Origin: a virus
Taxonomy: Duplodnaviria; Heunggongvirae; Uroviricota; Caudoviricetes
Strand: one strand, 5' to 3'
IMG/VR virus record: IMGVR_UViG_3300042934_000212
DNA length: 64,000 bases
The notes under the pieces: generated by a model
What the model saw: only the letters and a program-made list of their open reading frames with translations
Databases searched by the model: none
What the model was told of the DNA's origin: nothing
Program-made: the position numbers and the translations under genes
Shown here: positions 48,876-57,720 of the stretch, one piece after another
Position numbering within the stretch: the stretch's first letter is position 1
How the letters are laid out: each line of letters opens with the position of its first letter

Positions 48876-49210
48876 TATACCTTAGTTAAACGATAACCTT
48901 CAATTGTCTCGTATTGGTTAATCACACTGACCGCAGTTTCCATGTACTTATAAACATCATATGCTTCAGTACCGTACATTTTAAGTATACCACCATCTTT
49001 CGTGATAGCATATCCTTTTTGGCCTTGTACATCTTTTGCACGTACTACACCATATGGACTTTTTGGTAAAGAATCATTTTGTACAGCAGCGACCGTCATT
49101 TCATATACATTAGCTGTTATCTTTTTAACATTGCTATATGTTTTAGCTACGATCCAGACGATTATTGTAACGCAAATCATTGCGATTGACACATCACTCA
49201 CTTTGAGCAC
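48875..49210 (-). CDS. membrane-anchored protein, family D
   Basis: KSPYG..GYAITKDG..ETIEGYRLTKV. Confidence 0.8.
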   Translation of the reverse strand: MLKVSDVSIAMICVTIIVWIVAKTYSNVKKITANVYEMTVAAVQNDSLPKSPYGVVRAKDVQGQKGYAITKDGGILKMYGTEAYDVYKYMETAVSVINQYETIEGYRLTKV

Positions 49211-49550
49211 CTATAGTTGTTATTTCATAACCTTCAAGTTTTTCATACACGTTTATAACCGCCATTGCATCCGTGATATTAGTATATACCGGAGCCGATG
49301 AATACTTACTTGAACGATGAATTTCGCCATGTTTGGTTACACAGTATCCCCAATTGTTTTTACTTGAGATAGTATGAATTACACCGTAAGGGCTTTTTGG
49401 TTTTGGCTTTGGTGGTTTAGGTGGTTCAAATTCACCAGTAACCATCCTGCTATATAGCATGGCAGCAATCGTTTTAGTACTATGATGCATAACACAAGCA
49501 CTGATAGCAATAACAGCAGTACAGAACATTACAATTTGAATATCAGTCAT
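49194..49550 (-). CDS. membrane-anchored protein, family D
   Basis: start reassigned to MTDIQ; KSPYG..WGYCVTKHG..EKLEGYEITTI. Confidence 0.8.
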   Translation of the reverse strand: MTDIQIVMFCTAVIAISACVMHHSTKTIAAMLYSRMVTGEFEPPKPPKPKPKSPYGVIHTISSKNNWGYCVTKHGEIHRSSKYSSAPVYTNITDAMAVINVYEKLEGYEITTIGAQSE

Positions 49551-49557
49551 GATAAAC

Positions 49558-49875
49558 TCACAGTTTAGTTTGCTTGTATCCACCGATCTTTTCAAGCTCG
49601 TTCATGGATTTTAATGCTGAATTAAGAGTATAGAAGCGTTCGGCATCTACCCGCGACGAACCTTTCATTATATTATAGTAATCGCTACTACTATAAGAGC
49701 TATATTCACGCTTAATCGTATATGGACTAGATTTTAGACCAGCATCATCTACTACATCAGGTTTAACCAACTTCAAATACATGTCTGCCGAGATTTTCTT
49801 ATTAGCAATGAATACTAATGAAGATGCAACCACTAATGCTAAAACAACAATCAAAAGAATAATTTGAGTAATCAT
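49558..49875 (-). CDS. membrane-anchored protein, family D
   Basis: start reassigned to MITQI; SSPYT..EKIGGYKQTKL. Confidence 0.75.
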   Translation of the reverse strand: MITQIILLIVVLALVVASSLVFIANKKISADMYLKLVKPDVVDDAGLKSSPYTIKREYSSYSSSDYYNIMKGSSRVDAERFYTLNSALKSMNELEKIGGYKQTKL

Positions 49876-50003
49876 TATGCTTTTCCGTTTAGTACTGAAC
49901 AGTACCACTGTAATAGGTCAAGATATGCTTGTTCGGTTGCAGTACGTTCTTTGATTGAACGCATCCAACGCATATCGTCAATAATCCATTGTTCTGGTTT
50001 CAT
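49875..50003 (-). CDS. small hypothetical protein (42 aa, not in ORF track)
   Basis: MKPEQWIIDD..; coupled to genes on both sides. Confidence 0.55.
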   Translation of the reverse strand: MKPEQWIIDDMRWMRSIKERTATEQAYLDLLQWYCSVLNGKA

Positions 50004-50158
50004 TCGTCATCCTTAATCGGTGAATCGAGATCGACTTCAACACCTTTAGTTAATTCTTTAATTTCATTCCATAAACTAACTGGAACCGAATGAATGTTGA
50101 TACCATTATCAATTTCTCTGGCAATCAAATCCAACTGAATGTTTTCAGGGAGAGACAT
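50000..50158 (-). CDS. small hypothetical protein
   Basis: start reassigned to MSLPE (AAGGA RBS); the longer ORF overlaps a tRNA. Confidence 0.6.
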   Translation of the reverse strand: MSLPENIQLDLIAREIDNGINIHSVPVSLWNEIKELTKGVEVDLDSPIKDDE

Positions 50159-50176
50159 ATACTTCCTTTTTATTTG

Positions 50177-50249
50177 TACCGCGTATTGGACTCGAACCAA
50201 TGACAAAGCGATTAAGAGTCGCCTACTCTACCAACTGAGTTAACACGGC
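50177..50249 (-). tRNA. tRNA-Lys(CUU)
   Basis: GGCGA-CT-CTT-AA-TCGCT; cloverleaf. Confidence 0.9.
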
Positions 50250-50258
50250 AAGTGTTAG

Positions 50259-50331
50259 TACCCCGTACAGGGTTTGAACCTGTGACACTCCGATTAAAAG
50301 TCGGATGCTCTACCAACTGAGCTAACGAGGC
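50259..50331 (-). tRNA. tRNA-Lys(UUU)
   Basis: TCCGA-CT-TTT-AA-TCGGA; cloverleaf. Confidence 0.95.
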
Positions 50332-50358
50332 ATAGTACTTTTTAAAGTACAATTTATT

Positions 50359-50526
50359 TTAAAGACCAGTAGAACTTATCGTTCTAGTTCTAGGTTTACT
50401 TAATTTCTTTCCACAATCCTTACACAACTTAGTATAAATCAAATCAGTACTGTCAGTATTGTAATGGATTTTACAAACTTCAATAGTGATATAATGACCG
50501 CAAAACAGTTGCTTGAAGAATTTCAT
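50359..50526 (-). CDS. small putative zinc-binding protein (55 aa, not in ORF track)
   Basis: MKFFKQLFCGH...CKDCGK, resembling 44863-45093. Confidence 0.6.
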   Translation of the reverse strand: MKFFKQLFCGHYITIEVCKIHYNTDSTDLIYTKLCKDCGKKLSKPRTRTISSTGL

Positions 50527-50528
50527 AA

Positions 50529-50732
50529 TTAAGGTTCTAGTATATCCGTCAATTCATCTGGATATACACTATGACATGCAATCAGACCGTGAATATGTTC
50601 ACCGTTCTCTGGATCGGTTAAGTTACCATTGAACAGTTGATATTCTTCGTCCATCTCTGCACCAGAAATATCTTTCACTTCGAAACCTGCCATCTTAGCA
50701 AGTTGCTCGATTTGCTTTCTGTTTAGTACCAT
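50529..50732 (-). CDS. hypothetical protein
   Basis: 67-aa ORF, AAGGA RBS. Confidence 0.65.
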   Translation of the reverse strand: MVLNRKQIEQLAKMAGFEVKDISGAEMDEEYQLFNGNLTDPENGEHIHGLIACHSVYPDELTDILEP

Positions 50733-50777
50733 TGCTTACTTCCTTGAAAGTAGGGTACTTAAGTACCCTTTTAGTTT

Positions 50778-51242
50778 TTATTCTTGTGCTTCTTCAGCTT
50801 TACCATTAACCATACTGTTAATAATATCGCGAACTGACATGCCCTGATAGCGGGTTTTACCTGCGTACACATCGTGCGTTACATAATTAACTGGATTGCC
50901 TTCGGAATCAACCCACACAAGAGGTGTTGGAACTAAGCGTAAACCTTGTTTGATAATGTAGTTAAACATTTGGCTGTCGCTGAGTTCATCATCATTGCCA
51001 GTTGGTACAAACTTCTTAGCAAGGAAAATCTTATCAGTTTCAGCACTTTTAAAGTACACCTGGTAAGTAATTTGACCTTCAGCATTTTTCTCAATACATA
51101 CAGTATTGGTAATGACGTTTGAACCCTGCTCATTAGCTTCTTCTTTAGAGTCGGAAACAACCTTGATTGTGAATTCTTCACGACGCTGCTCAAGAGGCCA
51201 GATTTTTACAAAGTTTAAAGTACTTTTAATTTTTACAGACAT
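50778..51242 (-). CDS. hypothetical protein
   Basis: 154-aa ORF. Confidence 0.7.
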   Translation of the reverse strand: MSVKIKSTLNFVKIWPLEQRREEFTIKVVSDSKEEANEQGSNVITNTVCIEKNAEGQITYQVYFKSAETDKIFLAKKFVPTGNDDELSDSQMFNYIIKQGLRLVPTPLVWVDSEGNPVNYVTHDVYAGKTRYQGMSVRDIINSMVNGKAEEAQE

Positions 51243-51311
51243 TACAGCATTCCTATACGGTTATCATTGCGTGAATGTTACCAGTTCACGTACTATCTGT
51301 CAAGCAATTTG

Positions 51312-51388
51312 TGGTGGGGCCAGCGGGAGTCGAACCCGCGACCTGTGGATTTTCAATCCACCGCTCTAACCAACTGAGCTACAGCCCC
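51312..51388 (-). tRNA. tRNA-Phe(GAA)
   Basis: GTGGA-TT-GAA-AA-TCCAC; ACCA end. Confidence 0.95.
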
Positions 51389-51391
51389 TAA

Positions 51392-51637
51392 TTATTGTTG
51401 TAATTCTTTTACTTTTTCTACAAAGCGTAAGAATTTGGTTATGTAATCTGGATGTATATCTTTATGACGTTTGGGGATACTTAGGTTTTCAAATATACCT
51501 TCATAACTAAACACATAATGACTTGAAGCGTTATTAACGCACGGTACTCCAAATTTATCTGCAACTGTCAGCAGGTGCCGCATTGACCAGTTACGTTTGT
51601 TTTGACGCATTTTACTGAGGATCTTTTCTGCACTCAT
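51392..51637 (-). CDS. hicA: HicA-family toxin-like protein
   Basis: 81 aa basic; W..LL.V...FG...SSHYVF...LSIP.H..I...YI pattern with the catalytic His. Confidence 0.7.
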   Translation of the reverse strand: MSAEKILSKMRQNKRNWSMRHLLTVADKFGVPCVNNASSHYVFSYEGIFENLSIPKRHKDIHPDYITKFLRFVEKVKELQQ

Positions 51638-51846
51638 TATTTTGTTCCCTTAGATTTAGGGAACAAAACATGTTCCCATTAATTGAATAAAACAATTCCG
51701 TATATTGATTGGAATTCAGTTGTAGTTAGAATTTTGTAGTTCATTTTAATTTTCTCTCAACTATTATTAATGTTGGCTCTATTATATAGATATGAAAATT
51801 TATTTTGAATTACATAGTTATTCTTAACCTTATATTAAAATTTAAT

Positions 51847-51925
51847 TGGTGTGGCTGGCGGGATTCGAACCCGCGTCATCTGCGTCACAGGCAGGAACGT
51901 TAAACCAACTACGCTCACAGCCACC
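51847..51925 (-). tRNA. tRNA-His(GUG), atypical (A73)
   Basis: G-1 encoded; anticodon loop CT-GTG-AC; ACCA end. Confidence 0.8.
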
Positions 51926-51931
51926 ACTGAT

Positions 51932-52330
51932 TTATTGTTGTTTAGACATATAGATATTAATGCTAAATTGTATGGATTTAATTAATTCGATTTCACGGTT
52001 ATTATAACCTTGTTCAATTAATTGATCTTCGAAATCAAGGTCTAACGGATTCATTTGCCTAGCATGACCAGTGATTCCATTAACACTGAAAAATGTTTTA
52101 TTTGACATTCTTATTACTGTTGCTCTCTGATGTTCATCACATACTTGATTTAATGTGAATAATGGAGAGAACATTCCAGTGGTTGGATCAATTACCGTAT
52201 GTATTTCTAACGTTACACGATAATTATCTTTAATATACTTATGTTCATGTGTAAATGAAAAATCAACGCTATGTTGTAAATCGTTAACAAACATTGATTG
52301 TGCTAATTCAAATACATTATCTTTAAACAT
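51932..52330 (-). CDS. hypothetical protein
   Basis: start reassigned to MFKDN. Confidence 0.65.
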   Translation of the reverse strand: MFKDNVFELAQSMFVNDLQHSVDFSFTHEHKYIKDNYRVTLEIHTVIDPTTGMFSPLFTLNQVCDEHQRATVIRMSNKTFFSVNGITGHARQMNPLDLDFEDQLIEQGYNNREIELIKSIQFSINIYMSKQQ

Positions 52331-52640
52331 TTTTCTTAGCCTTATGCTTTTCAATACTACGTTGAATTTCGTTGTAGTACATAACCTTACCGCGTGGGGC
52401 ACTATCTGTATTGTGTCTAGTTCTAGCACTATTAGTATGCTGATTACCAGCACCTAACTTATCACACCACCGCATCATTTCACGACATATCCATCCAATG
52501 TCTGAACGAAGATAACATGCCATTTCATCACTAAAGATACCGTTAACAAACAAACGACAATGCCATCTGTTATTAATTTTAGTTACTTTAATATCAGTTT
52601 CTGATTCAGTACTAAGTAACATCTGTCTATTACGTTTCAT
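52323..52640 (-). CDS. hypothetical protein
   Basis: 105-aa ORF. Confidence 0.7.
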   Translation of the reverse strand: MKRNRQMLLSTESETDIKVTKINNRWHCRLFVNGIFSDEMACYLRSDIGWICREMMRWCDKLGAGNQHTNSARTRHNTDSAPRGKVMYYNEIQRSIEKHKAKKNV

Positions 52641-52656
52641 TATTAACCTTTTATAT

Positions 52657-52734
52657 TGGTCGGGATGGTTGGACTCGAACCAACGACTTCATCGTCCCAA
52701 ACGATGCACTCTAAACCAACTGAGCTACACCCCG
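52657..52734 (-). tRNA. tRNA-Pro(UGG)
   Basis: CATCG-TT-TGG-GA-CGATG; C1-G72; ACCA end. Confidence 0.95.
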
Positions 52735-52739
52735 ATCTG

Positions 52740-52813
52740 TCCGTGTGGCAGGATTTGAACCTGCGACCCCTCCGCCCCAAACGGAGTACTCTACCAAACT
52801 GAGCCACACACGG
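52740..52813 (-). tRNA. tRNA-Pro(UGG), second divergent copy
   Basis: CTCCG-TT-TGG-GG-CGGAG. Confidence 0.9.
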
Positions 52814-52832
52814 TTTTATTTCTTATGGTATT

Positions 52833-52861
52833 ATTATACCATATTTGTTTGAACTGTTTCA
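52833..52861 (-). promoter_or_regulatory. TGAAAC-class promoter
   Basis: TGAAAC-N13-ATGG-TATAAT, embedded in the 3' end of the upstream ORF. Confidence 0.75.
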
Positions 52862-53238
52862 TATTTCTCTCTGAAATATATGCGGTGCAGGTCACGCATT
52901 GTTTGATACATATTAGTACTTAAATCATATGTATCAGTCATTGTTTGAATCTGAAATAATCTAGCTTCAAACTCATCGATATTTTTTATTTCTGAACTAT
53001 GTAGAACATCATCTTCATCATATATCGAAACACCCAAAGAATCATCGAGTAGATCATATGAAAAATTGAAGATAGTAGTGTTGTTACCTTTAATTACAAT
53101 GATGCTAAAAATAATCATTCCTTGTTCTTGATACTTTTCTATATCATATAAGAACGATATGTCAGTACCATCAATTGCAGATTTATTTCCTGACCAATTG
53201 CAGTATGCTCTTAGTGAACAAATGTCAAATATCTTCAT
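52834..53238 (-). CDS. hypothetical protein, family C
   Basis: EARLFQIQTMTD. Confidence 0.7.
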   Translation of the reverse strand: MKIFDICSLRAYCNWSGNKSAIDGTDISFLYDIEKYQEQGMIIFSIIVIKGNNTTIFNFSYDLLDDSLGVSIYDEDDVLHSSEIKNIDEFEARLFQIQTMTDTYDLSTNMYQTMRDLHRIYFREKYETVQTNMV

Positions 53239-53623
53239 TGTGATATATTTTCCCTAGTATTGAGATTAGTTTATTACAATTCTCAATAGTTTCATATGGT
53301 ATATCGTAGAAGTTCTGAACAGTACTTTGTTGGAAGAATTCTTCCTCAGTAATGTTCAATGGTATTCTTACGTCGAATCCAGGTCGCATGTACCAGATTA
53401 ATTTCTTACACACCTTAATAGTAGTATCATGAAGCTCACCTTCGGTATAAGGTATTAAGTCAAACAAACTGACATATTCATCACACTCATCAAAGTTCTG
53501 ATTAGTTAATGCTATAATATAGTTGTTAATATTGAAAAACTTTAAATCGAAATGAGTTAAGTTATCAACATTCTCAAGGAACTGTGTCACCTTATCAATC
53601 GTTTGATGAATAGTCAATTTCAT
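53225..53623 (-). CDS. hypothetical protein, family C
   Basis: EEEFFQQSTVQN; start reassigned to MKLTI. Confidence 0.7.
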   Translation of the reverse strand: MKLTIHQTIDKVTQFLENVDNLTHFDLKFFNINNYIIALTNQNFDECDEYVSLFDLIPYTEGELHDTTIKVCKKLIWYMRPGFDVRIPLNITEEEFFQQSTVQNFYDIPYETIENCNKLISILGKIYHNEDI

Positions 53624-53912
53624 ATTCTGCCTTATAGTAGGTATCGTCGTCATAGTCTAATGTAAAACATATCTGATAAAGACCTTCTTCAAGGTCAAGT
53701 GAATGTGTTATATCATGACAACAGTCTTGTTTTTCATTGAAATTTCTATATTCCTTCATTCCAGTAGTTGTGTAACAGAAGTTCTGTACAAGATGTAATA
53801 CATCTTTTCTAAAGAAAGCTATCTCATACAACATATCATCTGAGAAAAAAGCAACACTGCTGAAGTTTTCAGGTAATTCAATTTCTTGATTATTCGGTAA
53901 TAAAATTTTCAT
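53595..53912 (-). CDS. hypothetical protein, family C-like
   Basis: EEGLYQICFTLD. Confidence 0.65.
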   Translation of the reverse strand: MKILLPNNQEIELPENFSSVAFFSDDMLYEIAFFRKDVLHLVQNFCYTTTGMKEYRNFNEKQDCCHDITHSLDLEEGLYQICFTLDYDDDTYYKAEYEIDYSSND

Positions 53913-53933
53913 AATAAAAAAGGAGAGTACACC

Positions 53934-54290
53934 TTACGGCATCTCTCCTAGTATAAATTCATAGATTTCTTTAAGTACAAGTATTTCTTCTAGAGTTAAG
54001 TCTAGGAAATCATGTACAGTACTTTGCTGGAAGTATGATTCTTCTGAGTGTACTTTATCTATGTTACGGCGAGATCCGTTGTAAAATAAATTTCTACAAT
54101 TGAAGCTAAAGCCAGTACCATCGACACTACAGTATTTTATGAAATAATCATATGTCACATATCCCCATACACTGGCTGAACCTTCGTATTTGAATCGGTG
54201 AATTACTTCTTTCACTACTTTCCATTGGTCTTCGGAAAGATGAACTGCTTTAAATTCTATGGGTTCATCTTTCCAACTTTCATTATGCAT
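53934..54290 (-). CDS. hypothetical protein, family C
   Basis: EESYFQQSTVHD. Confidence 0.7.
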   Translation of the reverse strand: MHNESWKDEPIEFKAVHLSEDQWKVVKEVIHRFKYEGSASVWGYVTYDYFIKYCSVDGTGFSFNCRNLFYNGSRRNIDKVHSEESYFQQSTVHDFLDLTLEEILVLKEIYEFILGEMP

Positions 54291-54501
54291 TTTCTTTTTC
54301 GGTAGCAATCATCTCAAGATGTTTGCGAATCCAACGCATAAAGAAGGTGGCTTTATCTTCGTTTTTAAATTCTGCGTTACCAGTATCAGCTACGGGAACG
54401 GGGAACATAAAGCCACATTCGGTAGTGTACCATAACTCATTTTCTTTATAATGGCTAAATTTGACATGCTTGTCTTTAACCATAGTTAGTAGTTTACTCA
54501 T
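54283..54501 (-). CDS. hypothetical phage protein (FPVP..D.G.A.F..MRWIRK)
   Basis: 72-aa ORF, AAGGA RBS. Confidence 0.75.
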   Translation of the reverse strand: MSKLLTMVKDKHVKFSHYKENELWYTTECGFMFPVPVADTGNAEFKNEDKATFFMRWIRKHLEMIATEKENA

Positions 54502-54523
54502 TTCTTTAATCCTTTAGATTTTG

Positions 54524-54599
54524 TGTTCGTGATAGGGATCGAACCTATAACCTCTCGCTTCGTAGGCGAACGCTCTAATTCCAATTGAGCTACACAAAC
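54524..54599 (-). tRNA. tRNA-Arg(ACG)
   Basis: TTCGC-CT-ACG-AA-GCGAG. Confidence 0.9.
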
Positions 54600-54733
54600 G
54601 GTTTTATTCTTAATGGGTGTACTTTCGTACTCAATATCTTAATGTACTGCACTGTCACGTACAGCAGTGTTATGCACTATTCACATCGTCAACCTTCACG
54701 GTGCACTGAGGCGATGTGATAGGATTTGATTAC

Positions 54734-54955
54734 TTATTTAGTCTCAAAAATATCAGTACTAATCAAATTACATTGATGGGTCATTAGACCAAAATCGCCA
54801 TAATCTTTACATACATTCTTTTTGATTTCTTTTTTAACTAGTGTATTTAGATGTTCTTCTGAAATATCTGATTCCAGTACAACAGTATCTTTACGTGAAC
54901 TGTCTCCATCATAACCATACCAATCATGTTCAAATACTAATATAGCTTTATGCAT
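54734..54955 (-). CDS. hypothetical protein
   Basis: start reassigned to MHKAI. Confidence 0.65.
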   Translation of the reverse strand: MHKAILVFEHDWYGYDGDSSRKDTVVLESDISEEHLNTLVKKEIKKNVCKDYGDFGLMTHQCNLISTDIFETK

Positions 54956-55229
54956 TTGGATTACCACACATCAAACCAACACTTTGTTCTAAACGTGCGG
55001 CATCTTCAGCATCCCATTCGGGATAAGTTTCTTTATGTCGCCAAGTCATTTTATGAATAATTTCATCTTCAGTCCATAATCCACCTTTATACTTACGGCG
55101 GCCACGACCACGAGAACTCATTAGTATGCTTTTCTTTACCATATTACGATAACGGTGATTGTTTTGAACATGTTCACCTGATGATGCCATTACAGCATCA
55201 AAGATACGCTTCTTAGCTTTCTTGTTCAT
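54948..55229 (-). CDS. basic hypothetical protein
   Basis: 93-aa ORF, AAGGA RBS. Confidence 0.65.
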   Translation of the reverse strand: MNKKAKKRIFDAVMASSGEHVQNNHRYRNMVKKSILMSSRGRGRRKYKGGLWTEDEIIHKMTWRHKETYPEWDAEDAARLEQSVGLMCGNPNA

Positions 55230-55248
55230 AAGTTTCCTTATTAGTTTG

Positions 55249-55320
55249 CGGAGCTAGAGGTAGTCGAAACCTCGTTACCTCCGTGACAGGGAGGCGTCCT
55301 AACCGCTAGACGATAGCTCC
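55249..55320 (-). tRNA. tRNA-Asp(GUC)
   Basis: CCTCC-CT-GTC-AC-GGAGG; G73. Confidence 0.9.
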
Positions 55321-55328
55321 AATAGACA

Positions 55329-55541
55329 TTATAGCCTATTCATTGCTATAATATCAAAGTACTCATTAATCTGAGTAACTTCTTTTAATTTATCTCGTAC
55401 TTGATCCATATCAGTGAATTCAAATACTGAGGTTATAATTTGTGAATCAGTTTCTTCTACTGGTCCACGATATTCTTCATTGTAATAGTTATGTCTACTT
55501 GGATAGTAGCTGTACTGATAACGTACAAAGTACTTAAACAT
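55329..55541 (-). CDS. hypothetical protein
   Basis: 70-aa ORF, TAATG coupling. Confidence 0.65.
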   Translation of the reverse strand: MFKYFVRYQYSYYPSRHNYYNEEYRGPVEETDSQIITSVFEFTDMDQVRDKLKEVTQINEYFDIIAMNRL

Positions 55542-55828
55542 TACAATAATCCAATAAATTCAATTGTTATCCACATTGGATCAACATTCGCCAAAATAAT
55601 ATCTTCATCTGTATAATCAAGTAAACTTGCACCAGTACGAAGTACATTAAGCTTTTTAGCTACTGCAACTTGAACTTCCCATGCTTCAGCAAAATCTTGT
55701 TCAATTTCAATGATTATTGCGTCAGTACTTGGTTCAGCACCGCGTTTCATCGCATCTTCAGTACTTAATCCTTCACCTAATCCAAAGGCAAATTGTGGTA
55801 CTGAATATTTTACATAATATCTTTTCAT
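55541..55828 (-). CDS. hypothetical protein
   Basis: 95-aa ORF. Confidence 0.65.
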   Translation of the reverse strand: MKRYYVKYSVPQFAFGLGEGLSTEDAMKRGAEPSTDAIIIEIEQDFAEAWEVQVAVAKKLNVLRTGASLLDYTDEDIILANVDPMWITIEFIGLL

Positions 55829-56323
55829 TTACTTCCCATTAAAAATAGGACGGGTTGCGTTGCGTTCTTCGTTAACAACCAAATATCCTTTCATGGTCAT
55901 ACAACCTTGGATATATCCTAACCAGCGATGCTTTTTAGTTTCTGTCATATCATCACGTGATAGTTCAGTTAACATCCAAGCAAGATGTGAGTCATCAGTT
56001 GGATGTTCAGAGTTGGATACTGGAACGGTATTAAGCATTTCGTAGTAACGCTGCCTTAAATCATTATAGAAATTACCATGAATAGGCTTACTACGGTGCT
56101 GTTCTTCTTTGAAGAGTTCATATGCTAGATTAACTGAACGTGAATAAAGATCAAAATCTAGTTCTTCTAGTGTACCACTACCTAAAAATAGATGGTCAAA
56201 TAGAAACAGTACTGATTTATGAACCTCTAGTTTTCTGGTTGATGCTAGATCATAAATCCGGTCAGGTTCACGAAAGTACATTTCAAATGCTTTACGTGCC
56301 TGTGCAATTTCAGAACTATTCAT
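55829..56323 (-). CDS. hypothetical phage protein (HLAWM..K.HRWLGYIQG)
   Basis: start reassigned to MNSSE (GAGG RBS). Confidence 0.75.
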   Translation of the reverse strand: MNSSEIAQARKAFEMYFREPDRIYDLASTRKLEVHKSVLFLFDHLFLGSGTLEELDFDLYSRSVNLAYELFKEEQHRSKPIHGNFYNDLRQRYYEMLNTVPVSNSEHPTDDSHLAWMLTELSRDDMTETKKHRWLGYIQGCMTMKGYLVVNEERNATRPIFNGK

Positions 56324-56567
56324 CGTCATCCTCACCTTCCTGCATATCACGAAAACGCTTCATGATTTCTTCAATAAAAATTAGGGCTTCTTCTTCGGTT
56401 AGATCGTCGGGAATCTCTAGAACTAGACTACCGTGCTCTTGACCGCTTTCCATCATGTCCTTAAGACATTTATCGATTTCATCAGCGAAATCTTCAGCAG
56501 TCTTTGTTTTAGGTTGGATAAGTTCTTCTTGTGGTTGATAACCGAAGTGGAAAAAACGACGTTTCAT
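56316..56567 (-). CDS. acidic hypothetical protein
   Basis: 83-aa ORF. Confidence 0.65.
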   Translation of the reverse strand: MKRRFFHFGYQPQEELIQPKTKTAEDFADEIDKCLKDMMESGQEHGSLVLEIPDDLTEEEALIFIEEIMKRFRDMQEGEDDDE

Positions 56568-56585
56568 TTATATCTCATTAAAGGC

Positions 56586-56648
56586 TGGAATCTGTTTTGA
56601 GTTTTTCAATTAACAGTTGATTTCATTTATGGTTGCTGTTAGATTCCA
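56586..56648 (-). ncRNA. CAGCAA stem-loop RNA, unit 1
   Basis: GGAATCT-AACAGCAA-loop-AGATTCC-AG. Confidence 0.7.
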
Positions 56649-56655
56649 AATTTTG

Positions 56656-56985
56656 TTATTTAAGTTTAATTACTGAAGCAATTTCAGTCATCAACTCAGT
56701 GGTAAATTCAATACCAAATACTTCACTATAACGTTTAGCAGTACGTTCTAACCAATTAGTACTTTTGGTTGTGAAACCGTACATGACGTTTTTAGCTGCG
56801 TTGTTATAAGCATTCCACGGATCGTTAGATGATGCATTTAAGCGACCCCAATCAGTTAGTGCAATGAAGCCGTGTGCTGATTCTTTACCCCGAAGTACAT
56901 TATATACTACATGTTCTTCAACAGTATGTTCTGTGTTGCTTTTCCAGGTGCTGATTACGGTGATGTATTGTTCTTTAGTTAACAT
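56656..56985 (-). CDS. hypothetical protein (HVVYNVLRGK)
   Basis: 109-aa ORF, AAAGGA RBS. Confidence 0.7.
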   Translation of the reverse strand: MLTKEQYITVISTWKSNTEHTVEEHVVYNVLRGKESAHGFIALTDWGRLNASSNDPWNAYNNAAKNVMYGFTTKSTNWLERTAKRYSEVFGIEFTTELMTEIASVIKLK

Positions 56986-57100
56986 GGTGTTATTCCTTTT
57001 ATATAATTTAATTTAGTGTTTTGTTCTGAATTAAATTTTTCAGGAGGACCAGTACTGAATTTCTATAGCATAGTTGCTTACCTTTTGTTTGTTTAGTTTG

Positions 57101-57173
57101 AGCGAGTAATCGGATTCGAACCGATGTGACCGACTTGGAAGGACAGCATATTAAACCACTATATGATACCCGC
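57101..57173 (-). tRNA. tRNA-Gly(UCC)
   Basis: anticodon loop CT-TCC-AA; U73; one mismatch in the anticodon stem. Confidence 0.85.
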
Positions 57174-57312
57174 TAGGATGTACTGCCGCTGCCAGTACTG
57201 CACATACTTAATCTTTACGATTTGACCTGTACAGGTGCTACGCGGGTTGCGTTCGATAATTTTACAAGCAGGGCAACTCATACCAGCTTGTTTCACAAGG
57301 AAATGAAATCTT

Positions 57313-57561
57313 TTAAATTAAGGTTTCTGAAACTTCTACATTACTTACACTATAGTAACGGTCATACTCTGAAGTTTTCTTTTCATAATGTGCAATGAAC
57401 TTACGCTCTGCATGATCTTCATCAAGAGCATAAACAATGTGCGACTTATTATAAGTTCTTGGTTCATCAACCATATAATCGCTAATTACCACTTTACCCG
57501 TTACGAAGTATGCAAGCATATCTTGTACTGGAGTTGTGTTACCATATTCTTCTTCGAACAT
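57313..57561 (-). CDS. hypothetical protein
   Basis: 82-aa ORF. Confidence 0.7.
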   Translation of the reverse strand: MFEEEYGNTTPVQDMLAYFVTGKVVISDYMVDEPRTYNKSHIVYALDEDHAERKFIAHYEKKTSEYDRYYSVSNVEVSETLI

Positions 57562-57582
57562 AATTTACCTTATTTTATTTTG

Positions 57583-57656
57583 CAGGAGATGGTGGATTCG
57601 AACCACCGATACCGATTTCAAAGACCGGTGCATTAGGCCATCTATGCTAATCTCCT
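57583..57656 (-). tRNA. tRNA-Gln(UUG)
   Basis: CCGGT-CT-TTG-AA-ATCGG; G73. Confidence 0.9.
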
Positions 57657-57661
57657 AAGAC

Positions 57662-57715
57662 TAGAATCTATCTTTTTTCATATATCCAATGAGTTTTGAT
57701 TGCTGTTAGATTCTA
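57662..57715 (-). ncRNA. CAGCAA stem-loop RNA, unit 2
   Basis: AGAATCT-AACAGCAA-loop-AGATTCT-AG. Confidence 0.7.
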
Positions 57716-57720
57716 AATTT

